From NCBI GenBank assembly GCA_044869275.1, contig JBIOXB010000014.1, positions 1 to 64,000 of the forward strand: a DNA stretch of 64,000 nt, read 5' to 3'. Origin of the DNA: a bacterium (lineage in GTDB: Bacteria > Zhuqueibacterota > Zhuqueibacteria > Zhuqueibacterales > Zhuqueibacteraceae). Positions 11,165 through 20,310 of the stretch are shown one piece after another. The stretch's first letter is position 1. Each line of letters begins with the position of its first letter. Position numbers and translations under genes: made by a program. The notes under the pieces were generated by a model, which searched no databases, was not told where the DNA came from, and saw nothing but the letters and a program-made list of their open reading frames with translations.

Positions 11165-13459
11165 ATGAAAATTTGGCACCCAGTCTTTCTTTGCAGCCTG
11201 GCGGCGCTCGCGGTACCGCGGAGCCTTTTCGCGGATTATACCGTTACCGGACGTTTTGCCTATCAAGATTTGAAATTGGATATCCGTGGCTTCACCGGCG
11301 AAAAACCGGAACGGCCCATCCGCCTCGCCGATGTTTTGATCATGGACACCAGCACGGGCGAGGTTCTGGCACAAGGCGCGACCGATCGCAACGGCGACTT
11401 CTCCATTCGTGTCGTCGCCAGCCAGAGTCGGGATGTTTCCGTCATCGTGGTGGCCAACAGCGCGAACACGCCGGATTTGCATCAAGCCGTGATGAGCGAC
11501 CCGCCTTCGGGCAGCAAAAACGGCACGACCCCGCATGCGTTCGAAGGCGGATTCTATTCCGGCCATTCGGCCACGCAAAATATCAGCATGGGCACGGCCG
11601 TCGCGCGTTACAGAGACGGCGGCGAGCCTTTCAATATCTATGACACCATGCTCGACCATGCGGATTTCATCGCGCTGCACATCGGCAGATGGCCGGAAGA
11701 AGCCATTAAAACGATCATCAATTTCAATTTGGGGGCGACCGGCGATTTTGCCTATTTTAGCTCCGGCGCCGGACCGGCAGGGGGCGTATTCTTGGGTCCG
11801 ATTTATGGCTACGATGACACCATCATCTTGCACGAGCTGGGGCACTATGTGCAGAGGAATTACGGCGATTTCTCCGACAATCCCGGCGGTACGCATTTTA
11901 TCGGCGACAATGCCCAGAACGCGCGCCTTTCCTGGGGCGAAGGCTGGCCGACTTTTTGGGGCTCACACATCCGCCAATTTCGTGGAGAGAATCATCCCAA
12001 TGTTTACGTGAACACGCTGGGCGACTCCACCCCCAACCGCATCAGCTTTTCGTACGATTTGGAGCTGCGCACCGGCGAAGGGGCGTCATCGGAAAACGCG
12101 GTGCAATCCGCATTGTGGGACATGACCGATGGACCGGATACGCCGGATTTTTCTCCGGGCGTGGATGACGAACCCGGCTTTCAGCTCACGCGTGACTTTT
12201 TTGAAACGCTGGTGGTGGCGGCTTTTGAGATGTCGTTCATCACACAAGAGCAGCGTACGTTTGAAGATTTTTACGATACCTGGAACACCGTCACTCCTGA
12301 CCCGCAAACCGCGGTATTGAATGACTTGTTGTTTTTCAATCACAATATCCGCTACCGCGCCGATGATTTTGAAGACGATGACACCCTGTCCCAGGCGTAT
12401 CATTTCTCCCATGTGGAAATCGGCAGCACCGTGAACACGCTGCGCACGCATTATCCCGCCGGCGACGAAGATTGGGTGGTCTTCGACGGCTTTGCGAGCG
12501 TCAAATACCGGCTCAGCACCAACACCATGCGCGACGGCGCCGATACGTTTTTGAGCGTGCACAGCGCGACGGGCGATCAGCTCGCCGCCAACGACAACAT
12601 CGGTGTGCCGACCCCCGGCACAGCCAATGCTTTTGAAGCCTTGCGCTCCGAAATCATTTATCAGCCGCCTCAAAACGGTCCAGTGTACGTGCGCTGCCGC
12701 CGCAGCACTTCCAATCGCGATTCAAAGTACGGCGCATACAATTTTGCCATTGCCGTGACGGAAGTGGGGGAGGCTGCTCCCAATATCGTGCTCTCTACAG
12801 CGGCGGTGGTTCTGAGCTTGAAACAGGAAGAAAAGACGGAGCGCACCGTGATCGTCAAAAACACCGGCACCAGCGATACCTTGCTCTATCAAATACAAGA
12901 ACAGCAACGCGATGGAACGCCATTCGATTTTACCTGGCTGCTTTCATCGCGTACTGAAGGAAGGCTGCCGCCGGGCGTTGCGGATACTGTCACGCTGCAG
13001 TTTGACGCCACGCAAGCCGGCCTGGGCCAAAACGTCGCCCGCCTGGAAACGCTCAGCAATGACCCCAACGCGGCGCGGCGCCCGATCGCCGTGGCGCTAA
13101 CGGTCACTCCCGGAACCACTGTGGCTGACTCCCGGCCCGAGGTTCTGCCCCTGACATTCGCGCTTGGCCAAAGCTATCCCAATCCTTTTTTTTCGAACGG
13201 GACCGCCGCCGGCGCAAATCGCATCTCCTACGACATTCCGGAGCAACACGCCGCCAGCGTACCGGTGTCTTTGCGCGTATATGATATTCTCGGCCGCGAA
13301 GTGCGCACCGTGGTCCATGAGATGAAAACCGCAGGCTCCCACGCCGCGAGCTGGGACGGTAACAACAATTTCGGAGAACCGGCGCCCAATGGCGTCTATT
13401 TCTATCGTTTGAAAGCCGGAGCGTTTACCGCCGTACGCAAATTAATTGTGGTGAGGTGA
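11165..13459 (+). CDS. Secreted gluzincin-like Zn metalloprotease with PPC-like and Ig domains and T9SS-like CTD
   Basis: Signal peptide; ILHELGHY (HEXXH) plus downstream SWGEGW; DDFEDDD/GDEDW PPC-like motif; SYPNPF...WDG...GVYFYRL CTD. Confidence 0.78.
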   Translation: MKIWHPVFLCSLAALAVPRSLFADYTVTGRFAYQDLKLDIRGFTGEKPERPIRLADVLIMDTSTGEVLAQGATDRNGDFSIRVVASQSRDVSVIVVANSANTPDLHQAVMSDPPSGSKNGTTPHAFEGGFYSGHSATQNISMGTAVARYRDGGEPFNIYDTMLDHADFIALHIGRWPEEAIKTIINFNLGATGDFAYFSSGAGPAGGVFLGPIYGYDDTIILHELGHYVQRNYGDFSDNPGGTHFIGDNAQNARLSWGEGWPTFWGSHIRQFRGENHPNVYVNTLGDSTPNRISFSYDLELRTGEGASSENAVQSALWDMTDGPDTPDFSPGVDDEPGFQLTRDFFETLVVAAFEMSFITQEQRTFEDFYDTWNTVTPDPQTAVLNDLLFFNHNIRYRADDFEDDDTLSQAYHFSHVEIGSTVNTLRTHYPAGDEDWVVFDGFASVKYRLSTNTMRDGADTFLSVHSATGDQLAANDNIGVPTPGTANAFEALRSEIIYQPPQNGPVYVRCRRSTSNRDSKYGAYNFAIAVTEVGEAAPNIVLSTAAVVLSLKQEEKTERTVIVKNTGTSDTLLYQIQEQQRDGTPFDFTWLLSSRTEGRLPPGVADTVTLQFDATQAGLGQNVARLETLSNDPNAARRPIAVALTVTPGTTVADSRPEVLPLTFALGQSYPNPFFSNGTAAGANRISYDIPEQHAASVPVSLRVYDILGREVRTVVHEMKTAGSHAASWDGNNNFGEPAPNGVYFYRLKAGAFTAVRKLIVVR

Positions 13460-13531
13460 CGTGCGGGAAACCTTCTTCATGGCATGAAATTTACACGTGA
13501 AAGAATAGCGCTTTTTAAGGAGACTGAAGTC

Positions 13532-14041
13532 ATGCAAGATCGCTGCAAAGCCACTTTCGCATTTCTGCTTTGGCTGGGTGCTCTATTTGCCGCGCCGGCA
13601 ATGGCCCAGGAAACGCGCCCGGTGACGACGCCAGAACTGGTCGCGCGCGCGCAGAAAATCATCCTCGGCGAAGTGATCGCGCAGTACAGCGCTTGGGACG
13701 ATCAAGGCCGCAATATTTACACCTACACCACACTGCGCGTGGAGCGCACGATCAAATCCGAGCACGCGGATACCGTGCTGATGATCCGACAGCTGGGCGG
13801 CAAAGTCGGGGCTATCGAGTCGCACGTTTCTGGCGCGCCGCAGTTTTTTCCCGGCGAGCGCACCCTGGTGATGTTGGGGCCATACACCGGCACACCGTAT
13901 TTTGATGTGATCGACTGGCATGCAGGAAAGTATGTGATCAAATCCATGGCCGGGCGTCAAGAGGAAATTCTGGCCGGACAAGGCCCCGGCAACGGCCAGC
14001 GGGTTGAAGATTTCATTACCACGCTGCGGAGGTATTTATGA
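13532..14041 (+). CDS. Small exported protein, partner of the downstream metalloprotease
   Basis: AAGGAG RBS; signal peptide ending AMA; ELVARAQKIILGEV...GGKVG...GAPQFFPGE; stop overlaps next ATG (ATGA). Confidence 0.75.
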   Translation: MQDRCKATFAFLLWLGALFAAPAMAQETRPVTTPELVARAQKIILGEVIAQYSAWDDQGRNIYTYTTLRVERTIKSEHADTVLMIRQLGGKVGAIESHVSGAPQFFPGERTLVMLGPYTGTPYFDVIDWHAGKYVIKSMAGRQEEILAGQGPGNGQRVEDFITTLRRYL

Positions 14042-16287
14042 GCGTGCGCCTGAAGCAGCTGTTTGCGATCGCCCTGCCCGCGACGCTGATCGTACTGGCT
14101 CTGGCCAGCATCATTTATCCCTTCTGCCTCATTCGTGACACCGGCCGGCAGAACGGTCAAAACCGCTGCTGCGATGGCCGCATCCGCTGGTGGCACTCGA
14201 ACACCCTGCCCGTGCCTATTACCATCAATCGCACCGGCTCCAGCCAGGCACCCGGAGAAGCCACAGCCAACGCCGTGCGCCGCGCCATGCTGACCTGGAA
14301 CGACGTTCCCTCCGCATTTTTTCAGTTCAGCGATGCCGGCTTGACGGACCAGGATACCCCCGGAAACGACAGCATCAACATCGTGGTTTTCGACGTTGCC
14401 GGCACGAATTTCCCCGTGGGCACTACGACCCTGGCATTTTCGAACACCTTCACCACCGACGATGCGCTCGGCTATCGCGCCATCGATTCCGACATGGTCT
14501 ATAACGCACGTGATTATCAATGGACTGCGGGCGGGGGCGGCCAAAATAGTTTTGATATCGAAACCGTCGCCTTACACGAATTCGGCCATCATCTCGGTTT
14601 GGATCATGCCGGCGGGCGGCGCGATATCGCCGCCGCCAGCTCGGGATGCGGACCAGTGCTGACGAGTGCGGTGATGTATTACGCCGTATCACAAGGGTCG
14701 ATCAAACGGAACCTGCATCCCGACGATATTGCCGGCATCGCACAAATCTACCCGGAATGGCAGGTGGAAGGCTTTGTCTTTGATGCAAGCGGCCAGTTGA
14801 TTGCCGATGCCGAGGTGCGATTTCAGGGAACGGTGGTTCCCAAAGACACCGTCGCGTTGACCACGCTGCGCACGGATCAAGACGGCCGCTATTTCGGGGC
14901 AGTGGTCAATCCGCAATTTACTATTTCCGTGCCGAGCTTCGGTTATCAATACACCGGGGAAGTTGCGGTCAATCTTTCTTCATCCGGTACCAAGAGCATT
15001 GATTTTCAATTGCAACCGCTCGCGCGCAGCAGCATACGCGGAGCGGTGCGCGATGCGGCCACCGGCCAGAGCCTCGCCGCGCGTGTGGAGTTATTCGTGG
15101 CAGATGAGGTCTTTCAAACGGTGCAAACCAATAATGGCGTTTACGAGTTTGCAGATCTGCCGGCCACCGATCCCGTGACCACGAATTATCAAAAAATCCG
15201 CGTCACACCGGAGCTGCCCTATCCGGTAAGGGAAACCACCCAGGAGCTGATCGTGCAATCCGGCCAGCCCACGGTGTCGAATTTTGATCTCTCGCCGGCC
15301 CAGGTGCTGCTCGTTGATCAAGACGGAGGGGCTGACTTCGAAAGATACTATATTGCCGCGCTCGAAACCCTGCGCACCAGCTACGTTGTTTGGAACAGCA
15401 ACGCGCAGGGAGCCGCCACCGCCGCGCTGAAGTTCTTTCCGAACAAACCCGTGCTTTGGTGGACGGGTAACAGCACCAACAATTTTCTTCTGCGCGCCGA
15501 GCGCGACAGCATCCGCGCCCATCTGCAGCGCGGCGGCAGCCTGTTTCTCACCGGCCAAAACGTGGCCGAGCATTTGACACAAAGCGACAGCGTGTTCCTG
15601 CGCGAAGTGTTGCGGGTGCGCTGGGGCGGAAACAATCGCGATCCTATCGTGCACGGCGTGAAAGGTGATCCGGTGGGCGAGGGGGTGCGCAACATCGCCC
15701 TGGGTGGCGGGGACGGGGCGCGCAATCAAACTTCACAGGATTTGCTGGTGCCGCAAGCGGGGGCGGAAGTATGCGTGGTTTTTGACACCACCAGAAACAA
15801 CCCCGCCGGCGTTAGTGTCGCAGAAGCAGTGCCGGGCGTGGCGGGCTCGCGCCTCGTGTTTTTTGGCTTTGGCCTGGAAGGCGTCAATGGCTTGCCCGCG
15901 GGTTTTGCCACACGCGAGAAAATATTGTCGAATGTGTCGCATTGGCTCACGAGTCTTTCCAGCTCCGTGGCAGCGCGTACGGGCGACTCCGGCGTCGCAG
16001 ATCATTTTCAGCTGCTGCCGAATTATCCGAATCCTTTCAACGGCAACACCGAAATCGCCTTTTTCATTCCCGTGCGCGCCGCAAACCGCAACGTCACGCT
16101 GAAAGTTTTTGACCCGTTGGGCCGTGAGCTGCGCACGCTCGTGAATGAACCTCTCCCCGCCGGTGAACACCGCGTACGCTGGGATGGCCGCGATCGCTCC
16201 GGCTCTCCCATGGCCACCGGCTTGTATTTTTATCAAATGGCAGCCGAACAATTCGTCGCCGTGCGCAAATTGCTTTATCTGAAATAA
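14038..16287 (+). CDS. Secreted matrixin-like (M10 metzincin) metalloprotease with Ig-like domains and T9SS-like CTD
   Basis: HEFGHHLGLDH (HEXXHXXGXXH), Met-turn SAVMYY, LHPDDIAGI; NYPNPFN...WDGRD...GLYFY CTD. Confidence 0.88.
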   Translation: MSVRLKQLFAIALPATLIVLALASIIYPFCLIRDTGRQNGQNRCCDGRIRWWHSNTLPVPITINRTGSSQAPGEATANAVRRAMLTWNDVPSAFFQFSDAGLTDQDTPGNDSINIVVFDVAGTNFPVGTTTLAFSNTFTTDDALGYRAIDSDMVYNARDYQWTAGGGGQNSFDIETVALHEFGHHLGLDHAGGRRDIAAASSGCGPVLTSAVMYYAVSQGSIKRNLHPDDIAGIAQIYPEWQVEGFVFDASGQLIADAEVRFQGTVVPKDTVALTTLRTDQDGRYFGAVVNPQFTISVPSFGYQYTGEVAVNLSSSGTKSIDFQLQPLARSSIRGAVRDAATGQSLAARVELFVADEVFQTVQTNNGVYEFADLPATDPVTTNYQKIRVTPELPYPVRETTQELIVQSGQPTVSNFDLSPAQVLLVDQDGGADFERYYIAALETLRTSYVVWNSNAQGAATAALKFFPNKPVLWWTGNSTNNFLLRAERDSIRAHLQRGGSLFLTGQNVAEHLTQSDSVFLREVLRVRWGGNNRDPIVHGVKGDPVGEGVRNIALGGGDGARNQTSQDLLVPQAGAEVCVVFDTTRNNPAGVSVAEAVPGVAGSRLVFFGFGLEGVNGLPAGFATREKILSNVSHWLTSLSSSVAARTGDSGVADHFQLLPNYPNPFNGNTEIAFFIPVRAANRNVTLKVFDPLGRELRTLVNEPLPAGEHRVRWDGRDRSGSPMATGLYFYQMAAEQFVAVRKLLYLK

Positions 16288-16339
16288 CTTCGCAAAGCGC
16301 AGAGGGCGGAGCGCATAGCGTCATGCAAGCTGCAAAATC

Positions 16340-16378
16340 AAGGGTGATGGAGTAATTCTCCATCGCCCTTTCCGTTTT
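16340..16378. terminator. Probable bidirectional intrinsic terminator between convergent genes
   Basis: 13-bp stem AAGGGTGATGGAG/CTCCATCGCCCTT (one G-U pair) with T-rich flanks on both strands. Confidence 0.65.
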
Positions 16379-18807
16379 CATTGCCCTCTTCCCGCCAGCA
16401 TCACATACACCGTGTGTAGAATGATTTTCAAATCCATCTTCAGCGACATGTTCTCCAAGTAAAACAAATCGTAGTGCAGTTTTTCCTTGACGCTTTCAAT
16501 GGTGGTGTCATACCCGCCTTTGACCTGCGCCCAACCCGTGATGCCAGGCTGCACGCGCAGGCGCCGGGCATATAGCGGGTATTCCTTGCGGAGTTGCTCG
16601 ACGAAGAAAGGCCGCTCCGGGCGCGGGCCGACGATGCTCATCTCGCCGCGCAGCACGTTGAGGAACTGGGGAATTTCATCGAGGCGCCACTTGCGAAGGA
16701 ATCGGCCCACGCGTGTAATGCGCGGGTCTCCTTTGTCCGCCCATTTCGGACCGGTGAGCTTTTCGGCATTCGCCACCATCGAACGAAATTTGACGATATT
16801 GAACAGCCGGCCGTCCTTTCCCATGCGCTCCTGCCGGTAAAAAACCGGGCCGGGTGATTCCAAGCGAATCGCGATCGCCAGCAAAAGCCACAGCGGCAGG
16901 CCTAAAATCAGAATCGTACCCGCCACGGCAACGTCGATGGCGCGTTTGGTCACGCGCTCCCAAGTGGGCATGTATTGCGGCAAGATTTCGATGACGGGAA
17001 AACCGTAGATCTGATTGGTGCGCGCCTGGCCGGTGATGATGCTGTACAAATCCGGCACGATCTTCAAACTCACAGGCAGGCCATCAGTCTGCGCGATCAC
17101 CTGCATCAGCGCGCGTTGATCATGCTGCTGCAACGCAATCAGCACTTCCTCCACTTCGTGCTTGCGAATGAGCTGCGAAAGTTGCGGTAAACGGCCCAGC
17201 AAGGGAATGCCTTGAAATTGCTTGCGCTCTTCGCTGGCGGCAATGTCGACGAATCCCACCACTTGAAAACCGAGCGCGGGGTATTTGCTCACTTCGGAAT
17301 ACAGCTCGCGCGCCTTGCGCCCCCAGCCGACGATCAGGGTGCGATGCACCCCCAGGCCGTTTTCCAGCAGATGCCGTTGAATCGTGCGCACGACCATCCG
17401 GCCGGTCGTGACGGCGCCGGCCACGAGCAAGCCGTAATTCAGCAGCAACATTCTGGTGCGGGGAAACGGATCTTGCCAATCATGCTCGAGATCGAAAGTA
17501 ATGAGAAAAATCAGCAAAACGCCGAGGGCCGTGGCCTTGAAAACGGCAAGGGCTTCATCAAACCGGGAGGCCGCATTCCACGCGCGATACAGGCCCGACA
17601 GCAGAAAAAGCAGGAACCAAAACACGAACACCAAATTCGCCAGAAGGAAGGCAGGCTCGAAATTCGTAAAGGAGAAAAGTCCCAGCTCGGCGCGCAAGTA
17701 GGTCCAGAGCATGAACGCCGCAACCAGGGCGACGTAATCGCTGGCGAGCACCGCGGTTTTTTCCAGCCACTTCGGAATGGCCGAGCCCCATTTTTGGGCG
17801 GTGATCAATCCCGCCATCGCGCCGACGCCAAAGGCCGCATGATCGGCGGCGAGCAGCCAGGGCAGGAGCGGAAGCTGCTGCCAGCGGCCTCGCGCGGCGA
17901 TGGCACACGCCACCGAGAAATTGTAAAGGCCATATGCCGATGCCCACACCAACACGAGCGCAGGATTGAAGAAGCCGGCGGCGGCGGCGAAGAGCAATGT
18001 CAGGGCAAACAACAGCATCAGTCCCGGCAGGGCGAAGCGCAAGCGAAATGCCGAAGCCTGTTTTTTCAAGCGATTGCTCCAGGCATAGCCATGCCACAGC
18101 GCATGCCCCAACAAGTCCAGAACGTGGCCGCGCCACGGCATGGTAGAAACGATCTTGGGGGAAACCCGGCAGCGATGGCCGTTTTGCGTCAGGCGCAGAG
18201 CGACTTCGTATTCGTTGCCCAGCATTTCATGCTCAAGCACGCCTGCTTGCTGCATCGCGGCGCGGCGCACGGCGGCGTGTTTGCAGCCTTCCACGCGCTC
18301 GGCAGGCGATTGCAAGTCCTGCGTCGCGATCGGCGTCACCCACGCGGAACCCAGCACCGCGGCGGCGGCGCTGGAGAAATAGCCTGTGGTGCGATAAATC
18401 GCCCGCCCGCCGATGAAATCGGATTTTTGTGCCTGTGCTTCCGCCACCACTTGCTCCACAAAATCATCGGCGAGCTCCGCGTTGGGATTGATCGGGATCA
18501 CCCAGTCTTCCGCATGCGCCGGCTCGCGCAGGCGGCGGGCGCTTTTCGCCGCGCGGCGATAAATACGGAATTGCGGATGGCCTTTGATGAACTCACGCAC
18601 GAGCTTGCGCGTGCCAGGAGGAGAATGATCGTCGAGAAACTCGATCTGTATGAGCGTGTGCGGGAAAGTTTGCCGAGCGAGCGCCGCCAGACAGTTTTCG
18701 AAATTCTGCAAGCGGCGGCGCAAGGGAATGATCAGAGTCACGAGCGGGTCTTCGGCACGCGGCCGGGGGGCGGCGAGAGAGAGGGGGCTAGGGAGGGGTG
18801 GCGTCAT
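16378..18807 (-). CDS. Fusion of a degenerate GT2 (ExoA-like) domain and a WcaJ/CpsE-type polyprenyl-phosphate sugar phosphotransferase
   Basis: C-term KRAIDV, KFRSM, DPRITRVGRFLRKWRLDEIPQFLNVLRGEMSIVGPRPE, PGITGWAQV; CoA-binding-like middle; N-term GT-A-like pattern; start set at ATG 18807. Confidence 0.88.
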   Translation of the reverse strand: MTPPLPSPLSLAAPRPRAEDPLVTLIIPLRRRLQNFENCLAALARQTFPHTLIQIEFLDDHSPPGTRKLVREFIKGHPQFRIYRRAAKSARRLREPAHAEDWVIPINPNAELADDFVEQVVAEAQAQKSDFIGGRAIYRTTGYFSSAAAAVLGSAWVTPIATQDLQSPAERVEGCKHAAVRRAAMQQAGVLEHEMLGNEYEVALRLTQNGHRCRVSPKIVSTMPWRGHVLDLLGHALWHGYAWSNRLKKQASAFRLRFALPGLMLLFALTLLFAAAAGFFNPALVLVWASAYGLYNFSVACAIAARGRWQQLPLLPWLLAADHAAFGVGAMAGLITAQKWGSAIPKWLEKTAVLASDYVALVAAFMLWTYLRAELGLFSFTNFEPAFLLANLVFVFWFLLFLLSGLYRAWNAASRFDEALAVFKATALGVLLIFLITFDLEHDWQDPFPRTRMLLLNYGLLVAGAVTTGRMVVRTIQRHLLENGLGVHRTLIVGWGRKARELYSEVSKYPALGFQVVGFVDIAASEERKQFQGIPLLGRLPQLSQLIRKHEVEEVLIALQQHDQRALMQVIAQTDGLPVSLKIVPDLYSIITGQARTNQIYGFPVIEILPQYMPTWERVTKRAIDVAVAGTILILGLPLWLLLAIAIRLESPGPVFYRQERMGKDGRLFNIVKFRSMVANAEKLTGPKWADKGDPRITRVGRFLRKWRLDEIPQFLNVLRGEMSIVGPRPERPFFVEQLRKEYPLYARRLRVQPGITGWAQVKGGYDTTIESVKEKLHYDLFYLENMSLKMDLKIILHTVYVMLAGRGQ

Positions 18808-18878
18808 AGGCTTCTCGCATCCATGCGCAGCACAACAGTTGTAGAGCGCGGGCAAGGCGCTCTACAACACCGCCAAGA

Positions 18879-20237
18879 TCAATGTTCTTCGTGATGCCGA
18901 AGATCTGCCGGAATCGAATTGTTGCCGCAGCCGAGCTTGACGACTTTGTGTTTGCCGTTTTTGACGCCTTTGGTGGCGTTGCGCGTGTCCACCACCAGCT
19001 TCGCGTGCCGGATGATTTCATCATACTCGTAATCGTCGTGATCGGTTGCAATGATGACGCAATCCGAGTTTTGCAGAAGCTGCGGCGTAAGGTTGCGCGA
19101 TTTGTAAGCTTTGCCGTTCACGCGCAGCGAGGGCACCCAGGGATCGTTGTATTCCAGCTTGTGGCCGCCGCGGTTGTAAAGCAACTCCATGATCTTGATT
19201 GCGGGAGAGTTGCGCACGTCATCGACGTTCTTCTTGAACGCCGCGCCAAGCACGAGAATCTTCGCGTCGCGAATGGCCACGCCGTGGTTCGACAGCGAGC
19301 GAATGATCAAATCCAAAACATAATAGGGCATGTTTTCGTTCGTCTGCGCCGCCAGTTCGATGAAGCTGGTGTGAAAATCGTATTCGCGCGCTTTCCAGCT
19401 CAAATAATATGGATCGACGAGAATACAATGCCCGCCGATGCCGGGCCCCGGGCGGAAGGGCATGAAGCCAAAGGGCTTGGTTGCCGCCGCGTCGACCACT
19501 TCCCAAATATCGACGCCTTCCATGCGATCACAGAGCTGGGCCAGTTCATTGACCAGTGCAATATTGACCGAGCGGAAAATGTTCTCGAGCAGCTTGGTCA
19601 TTTCCGCGGCTTTGGGATTGGAAAGCTCTTGCACCTGCACCACGACTTTGCGCGAGATCGCGCCGGCGAGTTTTGTGCAGTTTTTCGTCACGCCGCCGAC
19701 CACCACCGGCGTCGTCGCCGTGGTGAATTTCTTGTTTCCCGGATCGATGCGCTCCGGCGAAAACGCCAGATAGAAATCCTTTCCCGTTTTCAATTTTTTT
19801 GCTTCTAGAATCGGCTGCACGACTTTTTCGGTGGTTTCCGGATACGTCGTCGATTTCAGAATGATCAATTGTTCGCGCCGCAAACCCGAAGCGATGCCAT
19901 GGGCGGCATCGACGATGTAGGAAACATCAGGTTCTTTGTTATCGGTGAAAGGTGTCGGCACGCAAATAAAAATGACGTCCTGCTTGCCGATCGCGTGGTA
20001 GTCGCCCGCGGCGGACAGCTTGCCACTTTTCACCATTTCCTTGAGTTTCGCGGCCTCGACGTCGTCGATATAGTTTTCACCTTTGTTGAGCTTCGCAATC
20101 TTGCGCGGATCCAGATCGATGCCCAGCACCTCGAAACCCGCCTCGGCGTATTCCACCGCCAGCGGCAGGCCAACGTAACCCAAGCCGATCACACATATCT
20201 TCGCGGAATTGTCTTCAATTTTTTGCGCCAGCGTCAT
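18879..20237 (-). CDS. wbpA: Nucleotide-sugar (UDP-GlcNAc/GalNAc-type) 6-dehydrogenase, WbpA/WecC family
   Basis: GLGYVGLP, ICVPTP, FSPERIDPG, KLLENIFRSVNIALVNE, GIGGHC; exact substrate not determinable. Confidence 0.88.
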   Translation of the reverse strand: MTLAQKIEDNSAKICVIGLGYVGLPLAVEYAEAGFEVLGIDLDPRKIAKLNKGENYIDDVEAAKLKEMVKSGKLSAAGDYHAIGKQDVIFICVPTPFTDNKEPDVSYIVDAAHGIASGLRREQLIILKSTTYPETTEKVVQPILEAKKLKTGKDFYLAFSPERIDPGNKKFTTATTPVVVGGVTKNCTKLAGAISRKVVVQVQELSNPKAAEMTKLLENIFRSVNIALVNELAQLCDRMEGVDIWEVVDAAATKPFGFMPFRPGPGIGGHCILVDPYYLSWKAREYDFHTSFIELAAQTNENMPYYVLDLIIRSLSNHGVAIRDAKILVLGAAFKKNVDDVRNSPAIKIMELLYNRGGHKLEYNDPWVPSLRVNGKAYKSRNLTPQLLQNSDCVIIATDHDDYEYDEIIRHAKLVVDTRNATKGVKNGKHKVVKLGCGNNSIPADLRHHEEH

Positions 20238-20310
20238 AACCAATATTCCTTCCTTAAGGAAATCACAAGTCCTCAGCAATCATGCACCAAGACAAACGCA
20301 ACGGAGAGTC

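Noticed and set aside
11141..11167. In-frame TAA between the 10589 and 11165 genes suggesting readthrough or a split gene
   Set aside because: The downstream gene has its own ATG and signal peptide; TAA is a poor readthrough codon
13480..13495. Sigma54-like TGGCATGAAATTTACA (and TGGCATGATTTGTGA before hrcA)
   Set aside because: The -12 GC dinucleotide is missing in both
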